Counted from the first letter of the stretch, positions 13,545 to 26,752 are shown. The stretch: 64,000 nucleotides of DNA from Octopus sinensis (GCF_006345805.1 NC_042999.1:25358001-25422000); one strand, 5' to 3'. A program made the numbers and translations. The notes: generated by a model from the letters alone, not told the origin.

Positions 13545-13885
13545 GGTGATCTGATCATCTTTAGAGAGCACCCACATGCCAAAACAAGTATGGTGAGCTT
13601 AAACAAAGAAAACGTTCCCGATCAAGCCAGGCAAGCGTTACAAAGACAATCAGAAAAAACTAATAATAATTTCGATAATAATACGTGGGGAGATTTTGCA
13701 TCTGATGGGGAGCTCTGGAGGAATGTGGTTGCTACGAGTGTTAAGGAATTCGAGAACATCAATGAATTCGAGTTGCATATACTGAGTTGAAACGTGAATG
13801 TGAATCTTCTCCCTGAGAAGAGCACGAAAATATCTCCTTCACGTTACCTGTGTGGTCGTTGTCTGTTCCTCAAAAGCAGGCCTAC
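13545..13885 (+). pseudogene. RTE-type LINE C-terminal remnant
   Basis: TWGDFASDGELWRNVVATSVKEFE resembles the WExxAxDRxxWRxxVxxGxxxFE motif; a degenerate Cys-rich CGRxCxSKAGL segment follows. Confidence 0.55.
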
Positions 13886-14132
13886 CCAACCACAAATGTG
13901 GTCAGAGAGGCGCTCCTGTCTACCACTGTGACATCGAGCATGATCTTCCGTGTAGCTTTAGTGGCAGAGTGTATGGGTAAGCCAGTAAACTTACTCGGTC
14001 TCAAGTTGACTTCCATTTATACATGCGAGTATACATGCATGATCTATACATACATACGTACGTACATAGATACATAGATACATACATACACTCACAATCT
14101 CACGCACGCATACATACATATATATATACATA

Positions 14133-15397
14133 CACGTTTGGACAAAGTAATAGAAACACCTAGCGTCATAATTTTGAAATATCTATAAAACTGTCAAAAG
14201 CTTGTTTACTTTTATGTTTTTTTTTTGTATTTGCGATTAGTGTTGTTTAATATGTTTTGCTAAAATTGCTGTTTTTGAGATATCATCAGAAAAGGTAATT
14301 AAAACTCTTTAAAAGGACAGATCTATCGGACTTTCAAAGAGGTCAAATTGTTGGTGCTCGTATGGCAGGCGCTAGCGTAATGAAAACAGCTGAAATGCTT
14401 GGTGTATCAAGAAGTAACTTCTCGAAAAGTAATGACAGCTTTGAGAAAGACGGAAAAAACCTCTTCGTCGAAACAAAACTCCGGAAGAAAACCAAAACTT
14501 TCAGGTAGGGACCGTCGGATTCTTAGGCGAATTGTTAGAAAGGATAAAAAAGTACAGCTCCCAAAATTACTGCAGAGATGAATGACCATCTCAAGAACCT
14601 AGTTTCCACAAAAATTGTTCGCCTGAGCTGCTCAAAGCCGGATTTCAAGGGAGGGCTGCAATCAGAAAACCACTACTTTTAAAAACAAACGTTGCAAAGC
14701 GTTTAGAATGGAGTAAAAACCTACAGAACTGGTCCCTAGAGAAGTGGAAGAATGTTATTTTCTTGGACGAGTCAGTCTTTACCTTATTTCTGACCACCGG
14801 CCAAGTATACGTATGGAGACAGCCATAAGAAGCATTTGATCCATACTGCCTTCTTCCAACTGTTGAACATGGAGGAGGATCTGTGATGATCTGGAAGTGG
14901 GGCTATATCTTGGAAATCTGCTGGCCCAATGATTTCTCTTCATGGCAGAATTAATAGTGAAGACTATTTAAGCACTTTATCTGATCAAATTCATCCTATC
15001 GTTGCGGAACTGATTCGGGAGGGAAACGCAATCTTTCAAGATGATAATGCACCAATTCACACAGCTAAAATTGTTACTGAATGGCACGAGGAACATTCTA
15101 GTGAAGTTGAACATCTTATCTGGCCAACAGAGTCCCCAGGTCTCACTATTATTGAACATCTATGGTGCATTTTAGAAAAAGAAGTAAGGAGTCAATATCC
15201 TCCACTATCATCACTATAGGAACTGGAGACTGCTTTAGCTGAAGAATGGACAAAAATGTCTTTAGAAACAATTCAAACTTTGTAGAAGTCCATATGTCGT
15301 AGAAAAGCTGTAAATACTGCCAAATGCGGTCCTTCCCCATATTAAAATAAATTTGTTTGAAATGTTAAGGTGTTTACATTATTTTGACCAACCCTTG
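14133..15397 (+). mobile_element. Tc1-like (DD34E) transposon, full length, transposase pseudogene
   Basis: TA flanks; imperfect ~29-bp TIRs (CACGTTTGGACAAAGTAATAGAAACACCT / AGGTGTTTACATTATTTTGACCAACCCTTG); DLSDFQRGQIVGARMAG, GRKPKL, WKNVIFLDES, FQDDNAPIH and WPTESPGLTIIEHLW motifs with stops and frameshifts. Confidence 0.93.
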
Positions 15398-15522
15398 TAT
15401 ATATATATATATATATATATACACGCACACACCCATACACTCACGCACATATATAAAATTAGAAATATATGTGTGTATGTTGTATGTATGTAGTATGTAT
15501 GTATGTATGTATAATATATATA

Positions 15523-15577
<55 letters not shown>

Positions 15578-15936
15578 ATATATTGTAAGAGATGAAAAGG
15601 AGAGATAGAGAGTGTTGTATTCCTATATTTGTAAACTAAATGCGTGTTTGCTGGGCGGTGGTGAGTAAAACTATGCCAGTTTTATCTGAGTGCTGTCTGC
15701 TGAGAATGGCACTGGATGCCAGCTTTTAGTATTTAAACCCAAGTCGTCAGTTATGGAACAGAGTAATATTCGAAATGTTTGATCCATAACTTTTCTATTT
15801 TCTCAAGACCAACAGTAAATATGACTACTGTATCGTATGTAATTTTTCTAGTGTTTCCAAGACAGTATGGTGTGGCGTGAGAGAGATTTGTTTGCTATTC
15901 ATTACAGCTAGGAATACAATCGATTATATATATATA

Positions 15937-16352
15937 GGTGCAGGAGTGGCTGTGTGGTAAGTAGCTTGCTAACCAACCACATGGTTCCGGGTTCAGTCCC
16001 ACTGCGTGGCATCTTGGGCGAGTGTCTTCCGCTATAGCCTCGGGCCGACCATAGCCATGTGAGTGGATTTGATAGACGGAAACTGAAAGAAGCCTGTCGT
16101 ATATATGTATATATATATATATATATATGCATGTGTGTGTATATGTTTGTGTCTGTGTTTGTCCCTCTAGCATTGCTTGACAACCGATGCTGGTGTGTTT
16201 ACGTCCCCGTCACTTAGCGGTTCGGCAAAAGAGACCGATAGAATAAGTACTGGGCTTACAAAGAATAAGTCCCGGGGTCGATTTGCTCGACTAAAGGCGG
16301 TGCTCCAGCACGGCCACAGTCAAATGAGTGAAACAAGTGAAAGAGAGTAAAG
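15937..16352 (+). mobile_element. SINE family A, full length
   Basis: Complete head (TGGCTGTGTGG, GGTTCAGTCCC), body, internal (TA)n(TG)n, and tail GGCGGTGCTCCAGCACGGCCACAGTCAAATGAGTGAAACAAG. Confidence 0.93.
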
Positions 16353-16362
16353 ATATACATAC

Positions 16363-16409
<47 letters not shown>

Positions 16410-17029
16410 AGGAGTACACTGTTGCATACCTTTACTGGCACTGAGTAAGGTTTGTTATATTATCTGCTTCTGAAGTCATTGTGATATAATGATGCCAATA
16501 CTATGTATGCGATATCGTTACATGCAAAATCCGTGATTCATAGCAACTTTGGGGGTTTTCATGGTGTGTTGTTCATATCTTGAGAAGTTGAGGTGCAAAT
16601 TGTTCGGTAGTGGTTATTTGATCTTGTGGAAGAGGCTAACTTAAGACATATTGCAGTATAGATTTCAGAATTATGCTCACGTAGGCAGTGCTGGTTTGAA
16701 ATGAAATTATTCGGCTGCTTATGTTGCGCGTTTGTAGAGACGTCAATTCTTTCACTTCCATTGGTGTGCGTGATCTTACGCTGTCTTTCTTCATTTTTGG
16801 TCTTTCCATTTTAACCTAATTATCCTCTCACATTTTATATCTTAAATAGTGCAGAAGAGAATTATCCCAAGAAAGACGTGACTTTTTCATCTGCAAGTTC
16901 CAGCAAAGACCTAGAATAGAAATATTCTACATATCTCAAAAAAAGATTAAGTTGGATAAGTTTCCCGTAAGCTAAAACACTATAATTAAATTAACATCAA
17001 CTGTCGCCTCTCCTGGCCTTGTACCTTTA

Positions 17030-17590
17030 CATTACATCACAAACAAGGGCAACAGATAAACACACAATATCTCAACAAAAGTTACATCGAAGCCCTTAAA
17101 ATCCCAAGATGCAACCACAAGTGCCGATCGTGCTTTTCTTTTTGCGAGGACATAACACGTATAATCAGCAGCTGTTCAAAAATTTGATCGTGGTACGACC
17201 GCCCTCTGCGCCGATAAGTTGCTGCAAACCCAATACATAATGCTGTCCGCAGAAAAGGACTGTCCTGGGATTAACATACACGATACTCCTGCTATGGAAT
17301 ACAGGCATGTCAGGAAAAAGGAATATTGGTGGAACTTCCTCACCAAAACTTCTACCGAATGCAATAAAAACAGACCAGACATTGATATTCGGGACTAGAG
17401 AAAGGTCATGTACCGTTATTAGGTGAGCCATCCTACAGATGCAAATATCTCTTTCAAAATTAGCGCGAAGAAGCATAGCTATGGCCAACTGCTTCAAAAT
17501 CTACAATTCCTTTACTCTGCTTGTAAATTTACATTCATAATAATAGCCATTGGTGCTCTTGCTTGTGTTAGTAAATGCTTTGACCACAAA
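17030..17590 (+). pseudogene. R4/Dong-type LINE remnant: CCHC knuckle plus REL endonuclease
   Basis: Across frames: QINTQYLNK, KCRSCFSFCEDITRIISSC, WWNFLTKTSTECNKNRPDIDIRD, VSHPTDANISFK...YGQLLQNLQFLY...FIIIAIGAL. Confidence 0.75.
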
Positions 17591-17844
17591 CGAGAGAAGC
17601 TAGTGTTTTCAAGCAAAGAAAGGGATCAGCTAACGCGAACTCCTGATACAGTCTTTTCAATGAATCAGTTAAAATATGCAAGACTTTCATGAAGTTCGAC
17701 ATGTAACAGGTATCTTTATTGTTATCCATAAACCAGTGATGGCGCTTTTGCTTCTTTGTCAGAAACCGGTTCCCTCATTCTAGAAAGAAGAGTAATAAAT
17801 AAAAGAAAAGAAGAGAAAAACAAACCCACATATACACGCGAGCA

Positions 17845-17877
<33 letters not shown>

Positions 17878-17879
<2 letters not shown>

Positions 17880-18281
17880 TTACTCTTTACTCGTTTACTT
17901 GTTTCAGTCATTTGACTGCGGCCATGCTGGAGCACCGCCTTTATCGAGCAACTCGACTCCAGGACTTATTCTTTTGTAAGCCCAGTACTTATTCTATCGG
18001 TCTCTTTTGCCGAACCGCTAAGTAACGGGAACATAAACACACCAGCATCGGTTGTCAAGCAATGCTAAGGGGACAAACACAGACACACAAAACAACACAC
18101 ATACACATATACATATATACGACAGGCTTCTTTCAGTTTCCGTCTACCAAATCCACTCACAAGGCATTGGTCGGCCCGGGGCTATAGCAGAAGACACTTG
18201 CCCAAAATTCCACGCAGTGGGACTGAACCCGGAACCATGTGGTTGTTAGCAAGCTACTTACCACACACCCACTCCTGCGCT
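17878..18281 (-). mobile_element. SINE family A, full length
   Basis: Reverse complement of 15937-16352, including the (TTTACTC)n tail. Confidence 0.93.
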
Positions 18282-18297
18282 ATTATATATATATATA

Positions 18298-18366
<69 letters not shown>

Positions 18367-18629
18367 ATATATATATATCTATATATATATATCATATATA
18401 TATATATATATACACACCACATACAATGTACATGTTTTGTGTGTGTGTGTATAGGTATGCAACTGATAGTGCAAAAGAATAAGGGAAAGAATGAGAAGAC
18501 AAAGAGAAGACTAGAAGGCGTTCATACATAGAGATATTGAAACTGTTGATAGTAGAAAGCTACGTAGTACTTATCATCATCATCATCATCTGCATAATCT
18601 CTATTATCGTAGCTAACACTACCGTCACC

Positions 18630-18681
<52 letters not shown>

Positions 18682-19468
18682 ACCACCACCACCACCACTA
18701 CCACAACTACTACTACGTATAATGAGGAACAAACACTTAAGAAATACACTGGAAATCTTATAAAAACAAAATATAAACAATATCAACTGTAAAATGATAT
18801 AAATAGCAGGCAATGGAGAATTATACACTGGAGAAAGATAAAATATAGATATAAAACAAAAAAAAAAACAAAAAAAATAATAAAATACAGAAAAAAGTGG
18901 AAAATTCGAAAACCAAAATAGCAAAGAATGAAATAACATAGTGATAGAATAAGTGAATTATTTGTGTAAGATCTTCCTGTTTTCCTTCTCTGTCCGTGTT
19001 TCAATTCTTCAAAACCTGAAATCACTAAATTCCTTGGATGTTTGTAATTTGTATAGAAGTTAACCTGAATATTAAGCACCTGTGTTGCTGGAACAAGTAA
19101 CAAGTTTGGTTGTGTGGAATAAGTTTAGTTCATAAGCTCGCGGTTCCCGGTTCAGTCCCAATGCGGTATCACTTCGGTGAGTGTCTTCTACAATAACCCC
19201 CGGCCCGACCAATACCTTCGGAGTAGATTTGGTACCCCGCCGTGTATGTAAAGATAACCAAATAAGAATGAGAACCAGAGAACAAAAGATATGGTGCGTG
19301 TATTTGTATGTGCGAATGTGCGCATAAACGTTTCCTCTGTGTATATATATACACATATACACACACACATGTATGTGTGTGTGTATGTGTGCAAATGTAT
19401 ATATGTCTGTGTATACGCACACACGCACAGACACACACATTTAATAGACATAATGTATAATATGTGTA

Positions 19469-20135
19469 CGAAGCTCGGTTGAAAAGCTCATTGGCTAACG
19501 AAGATACATCGAATGTGATCAAACGAAGTTTATTTTTCAACATAGTCCAAATTTGCTGTCCAATCGCTTCTTCCATCGGTATTGAAGTGATTCGATCCCA
19601 CCAGGGAAGCTTTCACTCTGTTCCTCAAAAAAGTGATCATTATTCCGATACTGCATCCCAGCCAAATGTTTTTTTTTTTCATTTTGAAGAATAGATGATA
19701 ATCAGATGGGGTCAAATCAAAGGATAGGTAGAGTGGTCAACTAGTTCAAATCTAGTCACGCAAAGCAGCCATTTAAACCAAGGACTTGTGTGCAGGGATA
19801 CTGTCCTAGTGAAACGAGACCACGTTCTTTAGTTTTCCTGGGGGTTTGATCATGATAGCCTTTCGTAACTGCCTTAGCAAATTGCCATAGTATTCTCCAT
19901 TGATGGGGTGACGCTTTTGAAGTGAAGAAACACAATGCCTTTTGTGTCACCTACGCCCACTAAAACAGCCATCACCTTCCCTGCGAATGAAACGAACTTG
20001 GAGCAGGTGAGGAGGGGTGTTCACAGCATGAATTATTTTTTACTTTCTGACTTAAAGTGATGAACCCAATACTCATCTTGGTTTAGGAAACGTTGAAGGA
20101 AACCAACAGGATCTGCATGAAACAGCGCTAGATTT
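19469..20135 (-). mobile_element. mariner (DD34D) transposon 3' half, pseudogene
   Basis: TA plus TIR CGAAGCTCGGTTGAAAAGCTCA; minus strand gives MTPSDYHLF (DLAPSDYHLF), LRQxxKA...KRG and a degenerate GDYVEK end. Confidence 0.8.
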
Positions 20136-20140
20136 TTGGT

Positions 20141-20973
20141 CTGATCATTAAGTATCCGGACTGTTGCCATTGTAACGAAGTTAAAGCATGCCGCTTGACA
20201 CAGATGGATCTTAAACCCTGCTGTGTATACACACTACGTTTTAACGTTCTAGCTCACTTCCGGTGTTTACAGCAGTGCTTGGAAGGAACGCGTGTAGCGT
20301 GTGATCATCACACTGACCATGCCAGAGAAAGTTGTGCAGAGAATATGCATCAAATTTAGTTAAAGCGTCCCGATACCCACTCAGAGTCCTATGCAAACTT
20401 TTCAGCAAGTTTCATCGTTCTCAACACGTCAAGGAGATCTTGTGCAACCGAAACCCGGGCGTCTTTTTGGTCAGCTGAAAACAGTTTTCAACAAACTTGG
20501 CAGACACGTCTCGTATACAAATATTTAGTGATAATGGACTTCACTGAACTGTAACTAATCTGTACATCTTTTGAAAAATCACGGATGGTGATTCGACGAT
20601 TTCCCTACACAGCTGCGATGTCTTTCTCAGTTGTACTGGTTGCGGGTCTCTTAGAACGCTCGTTAATATCTAAATTTTTTCGGCCATCTTGGAAACGGCT
20701 GAACCACTCTTACACATGTGTGCGGCTCGTACAATCCTCTCCATATACCTTCTGCAATTTTGTGTTGGCATTTGAGCAGATATCGCCACGAAAACGTTCT
20801 CTGTCATAGTCAATGCGAAGATCAAACACTAAACAGCGGAAGTGAGCTAGTACATTAAAACTTAGCGCGCATGCACATCAAAGTTCAATATCAATCTGTG
20901 CCAAGTGGCTTTACTCTGCATGCTTCAGCTTCGTTACTATGGCAATAGAATGGATGCTTTTTGGTCACGCCTC

Positions 20974-20976
<3 letters not shown>
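20141..20976. mobile_element. mariner derivative with ~150-bp inverted 5' ends
   Basis: 20141-20290 is a diverged reverse complement of 20820-20976. Plus strand gives MPEKVVQRICIKF; minus strand gives KLQKVYGEDCTSRTHV*EWFSRFQDGR...RRITIR (HTH region). Confidence 0.65.
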
Positions 20977-21007
<31 letters not shown>

Positions 21008-21010
<3 letters not shown>

Positions 21011-21265
21011 GGTCCCGGGTTGAGTCGGGGTTAACCACAGTAAATAAGGTACTCAATACATAGCAGAGTAAATTAATTTATTATATAGAAGGAGCTTCTA
21101 CAGGACTAGACCTGTTTCATTCAAAAGAAATCATCAGGAAGCTAGTTGACAAGAGTTGTTTTGGCATTTATACATTTAGACAGGTTTAAAGGGGTGGTGG
21201 TGGGGGACTTTTTGGGGGTAGGCATGGCGCAAAACTATCATTATTAGGGGAGTGGTCAAAGAATC
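21008..21265 (-). mobile_element. Penelope-like terminal element between (TA)n tracts
   Basis: Unique 258-bp island with C-rich upstream sequence and a hammerhead motif, flanked on both sides by TA runs. Confidence 0.55.
21093..21143 (-). ncRNA. Type I hammerhead ribozyme motif
   Basis: AGCTTC-CTGATGA-tTTCttttGAAt-GAAAC-AGG-tctagt-CCT-GTA-GAAGCT: 6-bp stem I, intact core, 5-bp stem III; predicted cut GUA between 21099 and 21098. Confidence 0.8.
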
Positions 21266-21274
21266 GGTGGTAAA

Positions 21275-21305
<31 letters not shown>

Positions 21306-21638
21306 TATATATATATATATATATATAGATGCACATATCCTTTTTACAATATATTCGAGATTTCTTCCGTGTTCTTTCCGTTGCTTACAGATACTTAACT
21401 TAGCTCCAATTAACTATTAACAGAAGTGCAATTTCAATGAAATATTCCTGGTTTTATATGGTTTCAGCTATGTACTGTGAAGCACACATATACACGCATA
21501 CATACATACATACATACATACATACGTATAAACTATATGTATATGCATATGTCTATCTATCTATCTATCTATCTATCTCCCGTATATTTATATATGTTCG
21601 TACATGAATGATCACACACGCACACGCACACACACACA

Positions 21639-21680
<42 letters not shown>

Positions 21681-22052
21681 GGTTGTATGAATGTATCTAT
21701 GTGGTTGTGGCTGTGTGCGTGCGTTTGTGTGTTTGTGCTTGTACCTTGATTCCGTTGATTGTTTACACCTGTTTCCTCTCCAAATCTTATCTGTTTTTAT
21801 CTCTTGGAGATTGCTTCATTAGAACGCACACCGCATCCCCCACCTCATTGGTCTACCACCCTCTTTAACCTCCTCCCCTACGGTGACTCTTATCCAATTA
21901 GGCCTTTCCCCTCGTTCTTCCTTTTGTTCTCTTTCCTATTATCTCTTTCTCTCTTCCCAATTTTGAACCAATTTGATTCCTCTCTTTGATTACACCAGCT
22001 TTCTTTCATGCATCAAAATCCGCATTTAAACACACATACACACACATACACA

Positions 22053-22127
<75 letters not shown>

Positions 22128-22804
22128 GAAACGTTTATGCGCACATTCGCACATACAAATACACGCATCATATCTTTTGTTCTCTGGCTCTCATTCTTAT
22201 TTGGTTTGCCTTACATGGCTATGTTTCTCTGTAAGCGTGGACATGTACGAGTGTTTGTGTGTGTGAGTGTGTGTTTGGTCATATTTATTTAAATTATGCA
22301 TATTAGTTTGACCATACATTATTTCTATTTGTTGTTTATGTCTGAGACACTTGCCTACGGAGATAAGGTATGATACTTGTCGTCTTGATGACGTCTACTG
22401 AGGCAGAAACACATGCGAACGACAGTAATCTTATGACGACAGAGTTAAGCTGTCAACTTTGGAGTACTCTTGTTTATTGAGATTAATTTCCCCTTCTCAT
22501 CTGATGAGATGGCAATTACGATACATACTTTAGAAGGGAAGGTAATATTGGTTTCAAATATTCGTGGGGTGGGAGTAAGTCGATTATATCGATCCCAAAA
22601 GAATTTAAGGCAAAGTCGATCTCGGCAGAATGTGTGTGTGTGAGTTTATGTGTGTACACTAAGTTTTATATGAAAAATATGTCTTTTGACATTGTATGCA
22701 TATGATTGAATCTGCGCTTCGCGGAGGATTTGAAATATTATAATATATAAGGATAAGACACGTATTCTTTGGTCTCTAATTTATATATTAATCTTTTGGC
22801 GTAT

Positions 22805-22872
22805 CCGCTGATGAGAACTCCGCCTTGAAAATTATTTTATTTGCTAATTAAAGTTCGAAACCTGAGGTCCGG
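22805..22872 (+). ncRNA. Type I hammerhead ribozyme motif within a Penelope-like fragment (about 22700-23010)
   Basis: CCG-CTGATGA-GAACT-(32-nt loop)-AGTTC-GAAAC-CtgaG-GTC-CGG; predicted cut after 22869. Confidence 0.8.
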
Positions 22873-23021
22873 CTGTAAAACATGGTAAATGCTTTTATTT
22901 TTCATTCCCTTCGAAATTGCTCTTAACTGTGGTTTGGCCTTTTTGATTGGTCTTTCTAGTATGTTAGGCAACTTTTTAAGGGCTCGCCTTTTTGTGCTTA
23001 AATGTACATTAACTTTTATCC

Positions 23022-23074
<53 letters not shown>

Positions 23075-23489
23075 AATATATGTGTGTGTATGAAAGTATA
23101 TATGTGAGAGTGTGTTTGTGTAGAGAGAGAGAGAGAGATAGAGAGATAGAGATAGAGAGAGTGATAAAGAGAGAGAGAGAAGAGATAGAGATAGGGAGCG
23201 TGAGAAAGAGAGAGAGAGAGAGGGAGAGAGAGAGAGAGAGAGAGTAAATTTAAATAACCAAACAATAAAATTAACATTAACAAACAACAGCAGGGCGTGC
23301 ACAAGTAATGTTTGACGCTCAGTAAAAAGAAGGAGTGTTTGACGTTTCAAGCATAGCTCTTCGTCTGAAAGGAGAAAGGGGAAAGTTAAAAAAAAACGAA
23401 ATCGCCAACAGTACGTGTGTAGTTACATTACTAAATATATACATCTACATATATGTATATGCGTGGGTGTGGGTGCCTGTGTGTGTGTA

Positions 23490-23930
23490 CGAGGTTTGAG
23501 TAAAAGGTTCATAGGCTGGCCAAATTATTCAAATGGAATGGGACCAAAAGAGGTTTATTTTTCATCATGGTCCCCCTTGCGGTCCACACACGCCTTCCAT
23601 CGGTGTTGCATTGCTTCAATCCCAGTGGTAAAGAAGCCTTAATCATGTTGATCAAATAGCACATCACCTAGGTATGATGTCATCATCACAGTGATACTGC
23701 TTCCCAGTCAAGTGTTATTTCATGTTGAGAAACATATGGTTGTCAGATTGGGGCAAATCAGATGATTTATAGAAGCTGAGCAACAAGTTCAAAGCCAGTC
23801 ACGTACATCAGCCATTGAAAACAAAGACTTGTGTATTGGAACATTGTCTTGATGAAACAGCCCCTTTCCTCAGTTTTCTCGAGCTTTTGGTCTCGACAGC
23901 CTTTGGTAATTACCTCAGGAAGTTTGCATA
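23490..23930 (-). mobile_element. mariner 3' fragment, same family as 19469-20135
   Basis: TA-CGAGGTTTGAGTAAAAGGTTCATAGGCT TIR; shares GGTTTATTTTTCA...CTTCCATCGG with the 19469 copy. Confidence 0.7.
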
Positions 23931-23937
23931 TTTTCTG

Positions 23938-24008
23938 CTACTCTAGTCTCGGGCCAACTAAATCCTTGTAAGTGGATTTCGTAGACGGAAACTGAAAGAA
24001 GCGCGTCG

Positions 24009-24049
<41 letters not shown>

Positions 24050-24306
24050 ATGTGTGTGTGTATGTCTGTGTATATGTTTGTGTCCCCCCCACTATCGCTT
24101 GTCCCCCACCATCGTTTGTACTCCACCATCGCTTGACAACCGATGCTAGTGTGTTTACGTCTCCGTAACTTAGCGGTTCGGCAAAATAAAACGATAGAAT
24201 AAGTAGCAAGCTTACAAAGAATAAGTCCTGAGTTCGTTTTTCTCGACTAAAGGCGGTGCTCCAGCATGGCCGCAGTCAAATGACTGAAACAAGTAAAATA
24301 ATAAAA

Positions 24307-24308
<2 letters not shown>
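23938..24308 (+). mobile_element. SINE family A, 5'-truncated
   Basis: Body, internal microsatellite and tail GGCGGTGCTCCAGCATGGCCGCAGTCAAATGACTGAAACAAGTAAAA. Confidence 0.9.
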
Positions 24309-24344
<36 letters not shown>

Positions 24345-24404
24345 TCGTCCGTGTGTTAACTTGGGCTTCCCAAGGACAATGTAAACTTCATCTAATCAAG
24401 ATAC

Positions 24405-24497
24405 TCTTGGTCTGAAGAGTAGCCTGTGGTATCACCTCTCACCTGGATATTTACCACTTCCGTGGTTCTACTTGCTATGAAACATATGTAGCCCGGA
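24405..24497 (+). ncRNA. Type I hammerhead ribozyme motif with palindromic stem III
   Basis: TCTTGGT-CTGAAGA-GTAGC-(inner GTGGTA/TACCAC)-GCTAT-GAA-ACATATGT-A-GCCCGGA; predicted cut GUA after 24490; stem I partly G.U-decayed. Confidence 0.7.
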
Positions 24498-24525
24498 TTT
24501 TATCTACTCCATTCCTTAATTCTTG

Positions 24526-24561
<36 letters not shown>

Positions 24562-25765
24562 ATATATCGTAATATATATTATGTATATATGTATGTATGT
24601 GTATGTATGTGTGTGTGTGGTGTGTGTGTGTGTGTGTGTGTGTGTACGTATGTATTTATACACATCTTACTGTCTGAATTTGGAAACGTCTTTCGAAATT
24701 ACTCTAAGGTATTGCGTTTCGTTTACAGAAGGGAAATTAAGGGTTGGGTTACCTGTGGGTTCAAACAACAACAACAGCAACCACCACCACCACCACCACT
24801 ACCTCCACGACCACCGCCATCTTTGTACCTTTATATCTTCTATTAAAAATTTGCCATTTTTTTCTGCTTTTTGTACACCCACCGCATTTTTCTATTTCTC
24901 CACCCTCTTTCATTCCTTCACTCTCTCTTTCTCCCTTTCTTTCGTTTCTTCGTTTCTTTCTTTCTTTCTTCCTTCCCTTCTTTCTTTCTTTGTTATCTTA
25001 TTTTCTATCATCCACCTATTTGAAATTATATTTATTTATCTTTTCCTACTTTGCTCATCGTTTGCTCCATTAATTTCGAATTACCCCCCCTTCGCATTCA
25101 CCTCTCTTACACTTTCTCCTTTTGTTTTTGATATCCACTACCTCTTACCCTTTCTTTTCCTACGCTCATCGTCTCCTTTTATATCCCCTTTCTTTCCTTC
25201 TCTCTGGTTTTCTCTCACACAGTCTTTTTATATTCTCATCTATTCATTTCCTCTCTTCATTGTAAGCCATATTATCTACACACACATATCTACTCTTCCT
25301 TTATCTTTCCTTCATTAGACTATCTTTTTCCAACAATACATCCTTTCTATATATATATACATAAACCACCACACCTGCATCACCACAATAACAAATTTCC
25401 AGGGTATTGTCCTTGGTATAAACAGTCTAATGCTGATATTGTTGTTTGTGTTGTACCAGCAGACTTGAATCTCGAGCCTTCAGAAACATCAAAGACATTC
25501 TAATTTTGAATAGCCCATATTTTTCTCAAATCCGGTATTATGTATCTAGGACTATATGAGACAATGTTTCCTTTTAACTCTATATAGGCATTTCTCTTTG
25601 CATTTAGTTTATGGGAATATTATGGCCCGTTCTGTTTTTCATGCTGCCTCTCTATTATTCGAATAGTGTTCAGTCATTATTCGGTAGTCTTCAAAAGCTG
25701 TCTCAGATCAAAGATCGAGGATTGTTCTTCGCATCACCGGTATATGTTTAAATTCATATATTTAC

Positions 25766-25982
25766 TATTTCTTTACTACCCATAAGGGGCTAAACACAGA
25801 GGGGACAAACGGATTAAGTCAATTATATCGACACCAGTGCGTAACTGGTACTTATTTAATCGACCCCGAAAGGATGAAAGGCAAAGTCGACCTCGCCGGA
25901 ATTTGAACTCAGAACGTAACCGCAGACGAAATACTGCTAAGCATTTCGCCCGGCGTGCTAACGATTCTACCAGCTCGCCGCT
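25766..25982 (-). mobile_element. SINE family B, full length
   Basis: Reverse complement of 10081-10311; TAAATTCATATATTTAC repeated at 25749-25765 and 25994-26010 as a likely TSD. Confidence 0.92.
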
Positions 25983-26323
25983 GGTAGAATTCATAAATTC
26001 ATATATTTACACCCACTTTTGGTTAATATTTCTCTAATTAGAGCTGTTGTGGTTTCAGGTATTCTCTTAGGAGAATTAAGGTAAAAATAACCTAAATGGG
26101 ACTTATTTCCGAACTTCCAGACACGGTAAGCGCACAACTGACAATATAGTTTGCAGGCCCCGAATAATAAGATTCTTGGATAGGACCAATCATAGTATTT
26201 TGTCATTATTGGATGTATCGATCATTCTTTCTTATACACCGTTTCTGTGTGTATGAGAGTATATATATATATGTGTGTGTGTATGTGTATGTGTGTGTAT
26301 GTATGTGCGTGTGCGTATATATA

Positions 26324-26490
26324 GGCGCAGGAGTGGCTCTGTGGTAAGAAGCTTACTTCCCAACCGCATGGTTCCGGGTTCAGTCCAACTACATGGCACC
26401 TTCAGCAAGTGTCTTCTAGTATAGCCTCTGGCCGACTAAAACCTTGTGAGTGGATTTGGTAGACGGAAACTAAAAGGAGCCCGTACCATT

Positions 26491-26527
<37 letters not shown>

Positions 26528-26752
26528 GTATGTATTTGTTATTTGTGTCTGTGTTTGTATCTCCCACCTCACTTGACAACCGATATTGGTGTGTTTACGT
26601 TCCAGTCACTAGCGGTTCAGCAAAAAGAGCCCGATAGGATATTACTAGGTTTACAAACAATAGGTCCTGGGATGGATTTATTCGACTAAAGGCAGTGCTC
26701 CAGCATGGCTGCCGTCAATTACTGAAACAAGTAAAAGAGTAAAAGAATAAAA
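26324..26752 (+). mobile_element. SINE family A, full length
   Basis: GGCGCAGGAGTGGC head through to the (GTAAAAGA)n tail. Confidence 0.92.

Noticed and set aside
24581-25318. 245-aa hydrophobic ORF
   Set aside because: Made of TG, CAA/CCA repeats and a CT-rich low-complexity tract; not a membrane protein signature.
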